Below, in pieces: positions 36,028 through 45,324 of a stretch of DNA of 64,000 nucleotides (the first letter of the stretch is position 1; each line of letters opens with the position of its first letter). A program made the translations under genes and the position numbers. The stretch is from contig DASTUE010000058.1 of assembly GCA_035759805.1 (NCBI GenBank), forward strand, positions 7,793 through 71,792. The letters run 5' to 3'. A model generated the notes under the pieces. That model was not told the origin of the DNA. It did not search any database and worked only from the letters and a program-made list of their open reading frames with translations. Origin of the DNA: Lysobacter sp. (GTDB lineage: Bacteria > Pseudomonadota > Gammaproteobacteria > Xanthomonadales > Xanthomonadaceae).

Positions 36028-38673
36028 ATGAACGCTCCCACATTCAGCACCAACGACATCCGTCGCGACTTCCTCGAGTTCTTCCGCGAACGGGGCCACA
36101 CCATCGTGCCTTCGGCACCGCTGGTGCCCGCCAACGACCCGACCCTGCTGTTCACCAACTCCGGGATGGTCCAGTTCAAGAACGTGTTCCTCGGCAGCGA
36201 AAAGCCGGGTTTCGTGCGCGCGGCCGATGTCCAGCGTTGCCTGCGGGCAGGCGGCAAGCACAACGATCTGGACCAGGTCGGCTATACCGCGCGGCACCAT
36301 ACGTTCTTCGAGATGCTGGGCAACTGGTCGTTTGGCGACTACTTCAAGCACGACGCGATCCGCTGGGCCTGGCAGTTGCTGACCGAGGTCTGGCAGCTTC
36401 CTGCCGATCGCCTGCTGGTCACGGTGTATGAAACCGACGACGAGGCCTACGCGATCTGGCGTGACGAGATCGGCGTGCCTGCCGAGCGGATCGTCCGGAT
36501 CGGCGACAACAAGGGCGCGCCGTACGCCTCGGATAATTTCTGGCAGATGGCCGATACCGGTCCCTGCGGCCCGTGTACGGAGATCTTCTACGACCACGGT
36601 GAGCAGCACTTCGGTGGTCCGCCGGGCTCACCCGATGAGGACGGCGACCGCTACATCGAGATCTGGAACCTGGTGTTCATGCAGTTCGACCGCCAGCCCG
36701 ACGGCAGCCTCGCGCCGTTGCCGGCGCCGTGCGTCGACACCGGGATGGGCCTGGAGCGACTGGCCGCGATCCTGCAGGGCAAGCACGGCAATTACGAGAT
36801 CGACATCTTCCAGCACCTGATCGCCGCGGCGGCCCGGCTCACCGGCACCGACGACATCGACAACAAGTCGTTGCGCGTGATCGCCGACCATGTCCGCGCC
36901 TGCAGCTTCCTGATCGCCGATGGCGTGCTGCCGTCCAACGAGGGACGCGGTTACGTGTTGCGCCGGATCATCCGCCGTGCCCTGCGCCATGGCTGGATGC
37001 TGGGGCAGAAGCAGCCGTTCTTCCATCGCATGCTCGATCCATTGATCGACGTCATGGGCGAGCCGTACCCGGAACTGATCGAAAAGCGCGATCTGATCGC
37101 TCGCGCCTTGCTGGCCGAGGAAGAGCGCTTTGCCGAGACGCTCGATTCGGGGATGCGCATTTTTGACGAGGTCGCCGCGCGATCCGACGGCACGATTCCC
37201 GGCGCCGACGCCTTCCGGCTGTACGACACCTACGGTTTTCCGGTCGATCTGACCGCCGACATCGCCCGTGAGCGCGGATTGTCGATCGAGATGGCCGGCT
37301 TCGATGCCGCGATGGCGCACCAGAGGGAAACCGCGCGCGCCGCCGGCAAGTTCGGCAATGCCACCACGATGCCGGCGGAACTGGCCGCGCAGCTCGCACC
37401 AACCGGATTCCTCGGCTACGACCGTCTCGATGAGGGCGGGCTGACCGTGGCGGCGCTGCTCAAGGATGGCCGGCCCGTGGACAGGATCGAGGCAGGCGAC
37501 GAGGCCGTGGTCATCCTGGACCGCACCCCGTTCTATGCCGAGAGCGGTGGCCAGGTCGGGGATGCCGGTGCGCTGGAGGGCGAGGGCAGTCGCTTCGCCG
37601 TGCGCGACACGCTGAAGTTCGCCGGGCAGTTCCACGGCCATCTGGGCACGCTGGAACGCGGCGTCCTCAAGCGCGGGGATCCGGTATCCGGATCGGTCGA
37701 CCGTGTCCGCCGTGGCGCCACCGTGCTGAACCATTCCGCCACCCATCTGCTGCATGCCGCGTTGCGCAGCGTGCTGGGTACCCATGTCGTGCAGAAGGGC
37801 TCGCTGGTGGCACCGGAGCGTCTGCGTTTCGACTTCTCCCACTTCCAGCCGCTGACCAGGGCCGAACTCGCCGAGATCGAGCGCCGCGTCAACGCGGAGA
37901 TCCGCGGCAACCACGAGGCGGAAGTCCACCAGATGGAGATGCAGGAAGCGCTGGATTTCGGCGCCATGGCGTTGTTCGGCGAAAAGTACGGCGACCGGGT
38001 GCGCGTGTTGCGCATGGGTGAAACCTCGACCGAGCTGTGCGGCGGCACCCATGTGGCGCGCACCGGCGATATCGGGGTCTTCAAGATCGTGTCCGAGGGC
38101 GGCGTCTCGGCCGGCGTTCGCCGCATCGAGGCATTGACCGGGCAGGGCGCGCTGGACTTCATCAGTGGCGAGGAGCAGCGCCTGGAAGAGGCGGCCCACC
38201 TGCTGGGTGGCAACGTCCCGGATGTGCCCGACAAGGTGCGCCATCTGCTGGAGCGGCAGAAGAAGCTCGAGCGTGAACTCGATGCGCTAAAGGCCAAGGC
38301 GGCATCCGGTGCGACTGCGGATCTGGCCGGCTCGGCGATCGAGGTGGCGGGCGTCAAGGTGCTGGCGGCCCGGCTGGAAGGCTTCGATGCCAAGGCATTG
38401 CGCGATGCGCTCGACCGCCTCAAACAACAGCTTGGCGATGCGGTGATCGTGTTGGCCGGCGCCAATGATGGCAAGGTTGCGCTCGTGGCCGGTGTCAGCG
38501 GCGCGGCCACTGGCAAGGCCAAGGCCGGGGAACTTATCGGGCACGTGGCACGTCAGATCAACGGCAAGGGCGGTGGCCGGGCGGACATGGCGCAAGGCGG
38601 TGGCGATGACAGTCCGAATCTGGTGGACGTTCTTGCCGGAGTTGTCGATTGGGCCAGGCAGCGGCTGGGCTGA
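36028..38673 (+). CDS. alaS: Alanine-tRNA ligase
   Basis: [53 protein letters not shown]. Confidence 0.98.
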   Translation: MNAPTFSTNDIRRDFLEFFRERGHTIVPSAPLVPANDPTLLFTNSGMVQFKNVFLGSEKPGFVRAADVQRCLRAGGKHNDLDQVGYTARHHTFFEMLGNWSFGDYFKHDAIRWAWQLLTEVWQLPADRLLVTVYETDDEAYAIWRDEIGVPAERIVRIGDNKGAPYASDNFWQMADTGPCGPCTEIFYDHGEQHFGGPPGSPDEDGDRYIEIWNLVFMQFDRQPDGSLAPLPAPCVDTGMGLERLAAILQGKHGNYEIDIFQHLIAAAARLTGTDDIDNKSLRVIADHVRACSFLIADGVLPSNEGRGYVLRRIIRRALRHGWMLGQKQPFFHRMLDPLIDVMGEPYPELIEKRDLIARALLAEEERFAETLDSGMRIFDEVAARSDGTIPGADAFRLYDTYGFPVDLTADIARERGLSIEMAGFDAAMAHQRETARAAGKFGNATTMPAELAAQLAPTGFLGYDRLDEGGLTVAALLKDGRPVDRIEAGDEAVVILDRTPFYAESGGQVGDAGALEGEGSRFAVRDTLKFAGQFHGHLGTLERGVLKRGDPVSGSVDRVRRGATVLNHSATHLLHAALRSVLGTHVVQKGSLVAPERLRFDFSHFQPLTRAELAEIERRVNAEIRGNHEAEVHQMEMQEALDFGAMALFGEKYGDRVRVLRMGETSTELCGGTHVARTGDIGVFKIVSEGGVSAGVRRIEALTGQGALDFISGEEQRLEEAAHLLGGNVPDVPDKVRHLLERQKKLERELDALKAKAASGATADLAGSAIEVAGVKVLAARLEGFDAKALRDALDRLKQQLGDAVIVLAGANDGKVALVAGVSGAATGKAKAGELIGHVARQINGKGGGRADMAQGGGDDSPNLVDVLAGVVDWARQRLG

Positions 38674-38806
38674 CCGGACCATGACTTCCTTCGCTTGTAG
38701 CGGCTGTCCGGACAGGTTGATAATCGCCGTTTGACGGGTTGGAAGTGCTTCCGGCCGGCCGGAAGCACAAACGCTGGCGCACTGCGTCGGCAAAGGAGAA
38801 TTCACA

Positions 38807-39010
38807 ATGCTTATCCTGACGCGTCGCGTCGGTGAGACCCTGATGATCGGCGACTCGGTGACTGTCACCGTGCTTGGCGTCAAGGGCAACCAGGTACGTA
38901 TCGGCATCACTGCGCCCAAGGACGTAGCCGTACACCGCGAGGAGATCTACCAGCGCATCCAGCGTGGCGAAGAAGCAGGCGACGCCGCAGAAAAAGGCAC
39001 GGCAGACTGA
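38807..39010 (+). CDS. csrA: Carbon storage regulator CsrA/RsmA
   Basis: [32 protein letters not shown]. Confidence 0.98.
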   Translation: MLILTRRVGETLMIGDSVTVTVLGVKGNQVRIGITAPKDVAVHREEIYQRIQRGEEAGDAAEKGTAD

Positions 39011-39074
39011 CAAAAGGTTTGCCGCGGAGCAGATGAGCCGTTATGCTTCCCGCCCGCACCGTTCAGTGTGTTGC

Positions 39075-39166
39075 GGAGAGTTGCCCGAGTGGCTGAAGGG
39101 GCTCCCCTGCTAAGGGAGTATGGGGGTTAAACTCCATCGAGGGTTCGAATCCCTCACTCTCCGCCA
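39075..39166 (+). tRNA. tRNA-Ser(GCT)
   Basis: GGAGAGT..ACTCTCCGCCA, anticodon arm CTCCC-CTGCTAA-GGGAG, long variable arm. Confidence 0.96.
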
Positions 39167-39231
39167 GTTTGCGTCGGCGTCGAGTCGGAGAGATCGGAGC
39201 TTCCGGTCGTTCGGGCTCGTCGCCAGTTACA

Positions 39232-39253
39232 GGCCACCTTCGGGTGGTTTCGT
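39232..39253 (+). terminator. Terminator hairpin after tRNA-Ser
   Basis: GGCCACC-TTCG-GGTGGTTTCG. Confidence 0.6.
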
Positions 39254-39314
39254 CTTGCAGGGCATCGCGTGATCGGGATGGCTCGAACGAGACAACAGCG
39301 GTACCGGAAAAGGT

Positions 39315-39343
39315 TTGACGGATTTGTAATTGCTCGTCATAAT
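39315..39343 (+). promoter_or_regulatory. Sigma70 promoter of tRNA-Arg
   Basis: TTGACG-N17-CATAAT. Confidence 0.75.
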
Positions 39344-39354
39344 TCTCCGACTGC

Positions 39355-39431
39355 GCGCCCGTAGCTCAGCTGGATAGAGCACCAGGCTACGAACTTGGGG
39401 GTCGGAGGTTCGAATCCTTCCGGGCGCACCA
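39355..39431 (+). tRNA. tRNA-Arg(ACG)
   Basis: 77 nt GCGCCCG..CGGGCGCACCA; anticodon loop CTACGAA. Confidence 0.96.
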
Positions 39432-39442
39432 TACAAAAGACA

Positions 39443-39482
39443 GAAGGGTCGGCGAGTGAATTCGCTGGCCCTTTTTCTTTTC
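39443..39482. terminator. Terminator between tRNA-Arg and the convergent acetyltransferase gene
   Basis: GAAGGGTCGGCGA-GTGAAT-TCGCTGGCCCTTTTTCTTT. Confidence 0.7.
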
Positions 39483-39531
39483 CGGCGAGCGCCAGGCCGT
39501 AACCCCTCCGTCAGGATGCATGCCCGGCAGG

Positions 39532-40218
39532 TTACCCGGGACGCGAAGTCTGTTGTCCGGCGATTGGCCAGCGATTGCACACATAGCGTCCAGGGTGCCT
39601 GGTGGAAACCACCTTGGCCGGGTTGCCCGCTACCGTCGAATTTTCCGGCACATCCTTGACGACCACGGCACCGGCGCCGACGGTGGCGTTGTCGCCTATG
39701 ACGACATCCTCGACTACACAAACGCCCGGTCCGATGTAGACGTTGTTTCCGATGCGGGCGGCGTGCTCGTGGTTTGACCCGATCGTGGTGAACTGTCCGA
39801 GGTTGCAGTTCCAGCCGATGGTGGCGGTGTGGTTGATCACCAGACCCATGTGGTGCCCGATGAAAAGGCCTGGACCGATCCGGGTCGACGGGGGAATCTG
39901 GATCCCGTAGCGGTTGGACAGGTGCCGGTGCATGACCCGGGCAAGCATCCGCACGGGAAAGGATGGCGACCGGCACAACCGCAACCAGAAGCTGTACTTG
40001 AAGGATCGGTTGAAGAGGAGGTGCCTGGTCAGGCTGCTCCGGGAGCAGTCGCCGGCATAGCGATACAGGTCGCTCCTGATCAACCCGCGGATGTCATCGC
40101 CGGGTGCAGGTTCGTTGCCGACGGCAGGGGCTCCCGCTGCGTCGAGGGGAGCCGCCGAGCCCGGATTGGCAGCGGCTGTTTCCGTGCTTGCCGGGTGTTG
40201 GTGTCCGGTCGGCATCAT
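39532..40218 (-). CDS. Serine O-acetyltransferase-like hexapeptide acetyltransferase (probable polysaccharide O-acetyltransferase)
   Basis: YGIQIP, IGPGLFIGH, IGNNVYIGPG, IGDNATVGAGAVVVKDVP, AGNPAK; ATGA-coupled to the upstream gene. Confidence 0.85.
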   Translation of the reverse strand: MMPTGHQHPASTETAAANPGSAAPLDAAGAPAVGNEPAPGDDIRGLIRSDLYRYAGDCSRSSLTRHLLFNRSFKYSFWLRLCRSPSFPVRMLARVMHRHLSNRYGIQIPPSTRIGPGLFIGHHMGLVINHTATIGWNCNLGQFTTIGSNHEHAARIGNNVYIGPGVCVVEDVVIGDNATVGAGAVVVKDVPENSTVAGNPAKVVSTRHPGRYVCNRWPIAGQQTSRPG

Positions 40219-41102
40219 TTCTGGCGGGCTTCGTCCTGGCAGTTGTGCCGGGCGCTGGTGGCCGGGTCCCGCAGGCGGAAGTAGAAGCCGTAGTAGCGAT
40301 CGATGTCGCAGTCCGGGCGGAAGGGAATGCGGACGTGCCGCTCGAACGTCTCCCATCTGTCCACCACCTCGTAGCCGAGTGCCTGCATCGCCCCCACAAA
40401 TTGCGCGGTCGAGCTTATGCGGTAGGGACTGGTCACCACGCCGAAGTTCTGGATGGTGAAATAGCTGCGTTCGGGGTGCATCGGCACCATGTTGATCAGC
40501 ACGTGGGCCGGTGGCTCGGGTATGCGTTGAAGCAGGGAGGACAGGGCGTAGTCCAGATACTGGAGGGCGCCGTTTGAGAACAGGATGTCAAAACCGGTGC
40601 TGGCTTCTGGATGGTTGGCGAAGTCCAGCTTTCCCGCCGGATCGTTGTCGATCGCCCATATGCGACCCGCCGCCATCACCCGTGGTACGTCATGCACCAC
40701 CCAGCGCAGACCGGGCGGGTAGTGGATGAGCCGTCCCATCGCGTAATAGCTGACCCCGATATGCCCGCCGAGATCGAACAGGGTCCGGGCGCCCTCCTGT
40801 ATCAGCCGCGACAGCCAGTAGAGCGCGGGGTATTCACTGCTGCGCAGATGCTGGGTGCGGTCCCGATACATGCGTCCGGCGGCATCACTGTCGTACGTGC
40901 TGGGAAGGCCTGGTGGAACCGCCGCCAGGGCATTTTCGTAGGTGTCATAGACGCCGTAATACGCGTTGCGCGTATGTATCGGGCGCTGGAACATTTTTCT
41001 GTAGATCGGCTGTGCGACCAGACGCAGTCCCGGGAGCTCGGCGGCTTCGCGGGCAATCCGGACAAGCCGGTTGCGAAGGCTGGGGTTGCCGGCTTGCTGC
41101 AT
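40215..41102 (-). CDS. Putative SAM-dependent methyltransferase (TIGR04325/LIC12133-like)
   Basis: YYGVYDTYENA, EYPALYWL, LFDLGGHIG, WVVHDVP, NGALQYL. Confidence 0.75.
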   Translation of the reverse strand: MQQAGNPSLRNRLVRIAREAAELPGLRLVAQPIYRKMFQRPIHTRNAYYGVYDTYENALAAVPPGLPSTYDSDAAGRMYRDRTQHLRSSEYPALYWLSRLIQEGARTLFDLGGHIGVSYYAMGRLIHYPPGLRWVVHDVPRVMAAGRIWAIDNDPAGKLDFANHPEASTGFDILFSNGALQYLDYALSSLLQRIPEPPAHVLINMVPMHPERSYFTIQNFGVVTSPYRISSTAQFVGAMQALGYEVVDRWETFERHVRIPFRPDCDIDRYYGFYFRLRDPATSARHNCQDEARQK

Positions 41103-41304
41103 GGTTGCTCCCGAGGCGGATGCTGGTGGACTGCTTCAGCCAACGGGAGCCGGACCTCGGGACGGCCAACGACGGGTTTGGCCGTCGCGGACCCGGCAAG
41201 TGCGTTTGTCATATCGGATGCGGCGCATCACGCGCGACAGGGAGACCCCGGTGAGACAGGCGGATCGATCAGGCGCGCTGCCCGCGAACCAGACTGACCA
41301 ACAG

Positions 41305-42132
41305 ATGCCATTGCGGGCAGCTTTCAGTCGATCCTGGGCCTCGATGGACGGTGCCTGCGGCTCAAGTCCGGGCCGGATCGTCGTGGGCCTGTTTGATGCC
41401 GGCGATTGGCTGGGCTGGCTGCCGGAGGCGATGTTGCTTCTCCACGAGAGTGAGCGGGCACGCGTGGCGCGTCTGCGGAATGCGGCGTTGCGCGGTTTCC
41501 GGATCCGCGCGTACGCCTTGCATCGGCTGGTCCTGGGCCATGTGCTGGGGGTGGATCCCTCCCGGGTTCCGCTGTATCGCGACAGCCTTGGATGCCCGCG
41601 GGTGGTTGGCGACCAGGTCTGGACCAGCCTGAGCCATGCGGACCATGCGATAGCGGTGGCGGTCTCGGATGATGGGCCGGTCGGAATCGATATCGAACTG
41701 AAGCAACGCTGCCATGCCATGGCGGACATCGCCGAGCGCGTCTGCCATCCGGATGAACTGGCCCGCCTGGCCGGATGTTCGCGCCAGGACATGGCGATTG
41801 CCCTGCTTGAATTGTGGGTCGCAAAGGAAGCACTGCTGAAGGCGGCAGGGATCGGGCTGGCGGTGGAGATGGACCGGTTCGCCATCGATGCGGCTCAGGA
41901 TTGCCAAGCCCTGGGCCGGGCGCGACGTCTGCCGGTCCGGCTGCTGGACGTAGGCGGTGAGTGGGTTGCGGCGGTGGCCGGAGCACCAGGAGCCAGGCTG
42001 GTGGGAGGCTGGATCGACCCGGCGGCAGACCGGCTGCGCGCGCATTCGAAACTGGTCACTCGGCCGTGTGGGCGGTCGGCAGGCGGGGCTTCACGCGTTC
42101 GGATCAGTGAACTACTGACCAGGGTGAGTTGA
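41305..42132 (+). CDS. Sfp-type 4'-phosphopantetheinyl transferase
   Basis: GCPR, SLSH, VGIDIE, LWVAKEALLKAAGIGL; start uncertain. Confidence 0.88.
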   Translation: MPLRAAFSRSWASMDGACGSSPGRIVVGLFDAGDWLGWLPEAMLLLHESERARVARLRNAALRGFRIRAYALHRLVLGHVLGVDPSRVPLYRDSLGCPRVVGDQVWTSLSHADHAIAVAVSDDGPVGIDIELKQRCHAMADIAERVCHPDELARLAGCSRQDMAIALLELWVAKEALLKAAGIGLAVEMDRFAIDAAQDCQALGRARRLPVRLLDVGGEWVAAVAGAPGARLVGGWIDPAADRLRAHSKLVTRPCGRSAGGASRVRISELLTRVS

Positions 42133-43526
42133 TGAGCCTCGCAGTGACCAGTCGAAAAAACAACGCGCTGCGCCTGTTGTGGCTGGCCGAGTTGGCCATC
42201 GTCGGCTTGACCGTCCTGGCGGCGGCGCGGCTGTTTGTTCTGTATGGCCACGGCGGACACGTCGCCTTGGTTCACACCGGACCTGTGAAGGCGCTGGTGG
42301 TCGCGGCTTTCCTTACCGCATCCATGGCTGCATTCGGTCTCTATCAGCCGCACATTCGCTTGACCAAGCCCGATTTTGCGCTGCGTCTGGTGCTGTCTTT
42401 TGCCTTCGGCGGTGCAGGCCTCCTGGTCCTGTACCGCCTCGTGCCACTCACGTACATCAATCTCGGCGTGCTGGTGCTGTCGCTGTTTCTGGGCGCGGTC
42501 GGCATCACCCTGGCGCGGGCCGTGTCGCTGCGTGTGCTGGGTGCCGACAGCTTCAAGCGGCGGGTGCTGGTGATGGGTGCGGGCAGCAAGGCGAGCCTGA
42601 TCAACGAGCGACTGCGGCGTCGTGCCGATCGGCATTCCTTCACCCTGGTCGGATTCCTGCCCGCGACCAACGAGCCGGTCCAGGTGCCTGATGAGCTCTG
42701 CATCCATACCTCCGAGCGCCTTCCCGCGCTGGCCTCGCGACTGAATATCGAGGAGATCGTGGTCGCGGTGGACGATTGCCGGGACCATCTGCCGATGGAC
42801 GACATGCTCGCGTGCAGTCAACGGGGGCTGGTCGTCTCGCATCTTTCCAGCTTCCTCGAACGCGAAGCCGGAATGATCCGGATGGAGGTGTCGGACACGT
42901 CGTCGCTGGTGTTTTCCAGGGGGTTCAACCACTCGGTGTTCCGGCGCTTGAACAAGCGTCTGTTCGACCTGCTAGCGGCGTCATCGCTGCTGCTGCTGGC
43001 CTGGCCGGCAATGCTGCTGGTTGCGGCAGGGATCTGGCTCGAGTCCGGTTCGCCGGTGTTCTACAGGCAGGTACGGGTCGGCATGGGCGGAGAGCTTTTC
43101 GAGCTGGTGAAGTTCCGCAGCATGCGGGTGGATGCCGAGGGTGATGGCGTCGCGCGCTGGGCGCAGCGTGACGATGACCGGAGCACGCGGCTGGGGCGGT
43201 TCATCCGCATGACCCGGCTGGACGAGCTGCCGCAGTTGTTCAACGTGTTGCGCGGCGAGATGAGCTTTGTCGGTCCACGGCCGGAGCGGCCGCAGTTCGT
43301 GGAGTTGCTCACGCGGGAGATTCGCTGTTACGACGTCCGTCACTGCATGAAGCCGGGCCTGACCGGTTGGGCGCAGATGCGGTATCCGTATGGCGCGTCG
43401 GTTGAGGATGCGGCGGAAAAACTCGCCTTCGATCTGTTCTATGTGAAAAACCACGGCCTGATGTTCGATCTGATGATCCTGCTGCAGACGGTGGAGGTTG
43501 TGTTGTTCCGACGTGGCGGGCGGTGA
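42132..43526 (+). CDS. Undecaprenyl-phosphate sugar (priming) transferase, TIGR03013 PEP-CTERM/XrtA-associated type
   Basis: N-terminal TM helices, KRLFD, KFRSM, RLDELPQL, MSFVGPRPERP, KPGLTGWAQ, YPYGASVED, FDLFYVKN. Confidence 0.9.
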   Translation: MSLAVTSRKNNALRLLWLAELAIVGLTVLAAARLFVLYGHGGHVALVHTGPVKALVVAAFLTASMAAFGLYQPHIRLTKPDFALRLVLSFAFGGAGLLVLYRLVPLTYINLGVLVLSLFLGAVGITLARAVSLRVLGADSFKRRVLVMGAGSKASLINERLRRRADRHSFTLVGFLPATNEPVQVPDELCIHTSERLPALASRLNIEEIVVAVDDCRDHLPMDDMLACSQRGLVVSHLSSFLEREAGMIRMEVSDTSSLVFSRGFNHSVFRRLNKRLFDLLAASSLLLLAWPAMLLVAAGIWLESGSPVFYRQVRVGMGGELFELVKFRSMRVDAEGDGVARWAQRDDDRSTRLGRFIRMTRLDELPQLFNVLRGEMSFVGPRPERPQFVELLTREIRCYDVRHCMKPGLTGWAQMRYPYGASVEDAAEKLAFDLFYVKNHGLMFDLMILLQTVEVVLFRRGGR

Positions 43527-43563
43527 CATGGACCTGTGCGGTTGCCGGTACGTCCTTGATCGG

Positions 43564-44160
43564 TCACAGGTCCACGCAGCCGGGAGTCCTGGCGGTTGAT
43601 CGAGCCGCCGGCGCGTCGGCCGTATCGGCTTGTGTCCGTTCTGTCCGGGGTTCTGCCACTCGATCGGATGCGGTGGCAGACAGGTCTGGATCAGCGCCAG
43701 CCAGGCAGGGCACATAGCCCGATGGTGCTCCGCTGAAACCCTGCCCGCCGCCGGACTCCTGCCGGTCCCAGGCCATCTGCAGCAGCAACAGGCCCGCGAT
43801 CAGCACGATCGCGATCACGACGGCGCGCGCCAGTGGCAAGGCGGGGTCGTCATTGGCCAGGTCCGGTGAGGGCATCGACGCGGTCTGCGCCAGACGTTTC
43901 CGGCGTGTGCCGGCATAGGGAACGCGGGAGTGGTTGCAGCCGGGCAGGCGGCCGTATTGCCGATGGAAACGAAGGGACGCCCGGTACGACGCGATCAGGT
44001 TCGACAGCCTCTGATGGCTGTCGGCGGAAATCGCATCCGGGCCGAGCCGGTCCGGATGCAATTCGGCGACCCGCCGTCGATAGGCCAGCTTGAGCTCGTC
44101 CAGCGAGCAGTCGGGCTGCAACCCAAGTTCCGCATACAGCTTGACAAAGTCGTGCGCCAT
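43564..44160 (-). CDS. J-domain (DnaJ-like) membrane protein
   Basis: LYAELGL..LKLAYRRRVAELHPDR (HPD intact) plus one hydrophobic helix. Confidence 0.8.
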   Translation of the reverse strand: MAHDFVKLYAELGLQPDCSLDELKLAYRRRVAELHPDRLGPDAISADSHQRLSNLIASYRASLRFHRQYGRLPGCNHSRVPYAGTRRKRLAQTASMPSPDLANDDPALPLARAVVIAIVLIAGLLLLQMAWDRQESGGGQGFSGAPSGYVPCLAGADPDLSATASDRVAEPRTERTQADTADAPAARSTARTPGCVDL

Positions 44161-44319
44161 TCACCGCACCTGCATCGAGCCCGGATGCCGCAGCGTAACC
44201 CGTCGGTCGAGGCGACGGACGATGCGGGAGTTGGCCGCAGCTCCGGGCTGTATGCGTTTCCTATGGGTAGCCGATCCCGGATGGATCCGGGACCGCCAAC
44301 GGTAAAAGGGGAGCTGCGA

Positions 44320-45285
44320 ATGTCTGCGACGAACTTGGAGAGGGTGGCCGACGCTGCAACCGCGAGGCGGAGCCGGGCGGTGTCACCTGTCGAGGTCGAT
44401 GGAGCCTCGTTCGATCCCTGGCGCATCCAGCCGGTCCGCCATTCGCTGGTCGCACATCCGCTGTTGCAGATGCCCGCACTGGTCGCGCTGGGCGAGCGGC
44501 TTGAGGCGCGCGGCAGCATCCGTACCCACGGCAACGACGCTGCGGCCGGCACCTCGTTCGGCGATGCGCCCAAGGCGTATCCAAACACCTTGTCGGCGGC
44601 GCAGACCCTTGCCGCGATCCAGGAAGCCAAAGCCTGGATGTCGCTGCTCAACGTGCAGGTCGATCCGCTGTACCGCGTGCTGGTGGCCGAGGTGCTGGAC
44701 GACATCGAGATGCGGATCGGGCGTAACGATCCGGGCATGTGTTATCGCGCCGGCTGGATCTTCGTGACCTCCCCACGCACGGTGACGCCGTTCCACTTCG
44801 ACAAGGAGCACAACTTCATCCTGCAGGTCAGTGGCCGGAAGCGCATCTACGTGTGGGATCACACCGATACGGTGGTCGCCAGCGAGCAGGCCCGCGACCG
44901 CTTCCATCACACCCACGGCCGTGAACTGCTGGACTGGCGCGAGGAGTTCCGCGAGCGTGCACGGATTTTCGATCTGCTTCCGGGCGAGGGCGCGTACATG
45001 CCGTCGACCAGCCCGCACATGGTCGAGACGCACGATGAGCCGTCCATCACGATCAGCTTCACCTACTACACCGATGCGACCCGGCGCGATGCGCTGTTGC
45101 ACAAGACCCATGAGCTGGTGCGTAGACGGGGGATCAATCCACCGCCGGTGGGACGTTCGCCGGTGCTGGATGCAGTGACCCATGCAGGGGTTGCCACCTT
45201 GCTGGGTGCACGCGGAATGGTTCGCAAGCTGGCCGGCCGGCCGGTCGAAAACGTTGGCCGGCGGTTTGCCCAGGTACCCGCATGA
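44320..45285 (+). CDS. JmjC/cupin-like Fe(II)/2-oxoglutarate oxygenase
   Basis: TPFHFDKEHNFILQVSGRK (HxD), SPHMVET (distal His), SITISFTY; GGGAG RBS. Confidence 0.82.
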   Translation: MSATNLERVADAATARRSRAVSPVEVDGASFDPWRIQPVRHSLVAHPLLQMPALVALGERLEARGSIRTHGNDAAAGTSFGDAPKAYPNTLSAAQTLAAIQEAKAWMSLLNVQVDPLYRVLVAEVLDDIEMRIGRNDPGMCYRAGWIFVTSPRTVTPFHFDKEHNFILQVSGRKRIYVWDHTDTVVASEQARDRFHHTHGRELLDWREEFRERARIFDLLPGEGAYMPSTSPHMVETHDEPSITISFTYYTDATRRDALLHKTHELVRRRGINPPPVGRSPVLDAVTHAGVATLLGARGMVRKLAGRPVENVGRRFAQVPA

Positions 45286-45324
45286 GTCCGACGACGATGC
45301 GGTCGAACCAATAGCGAGACGACG

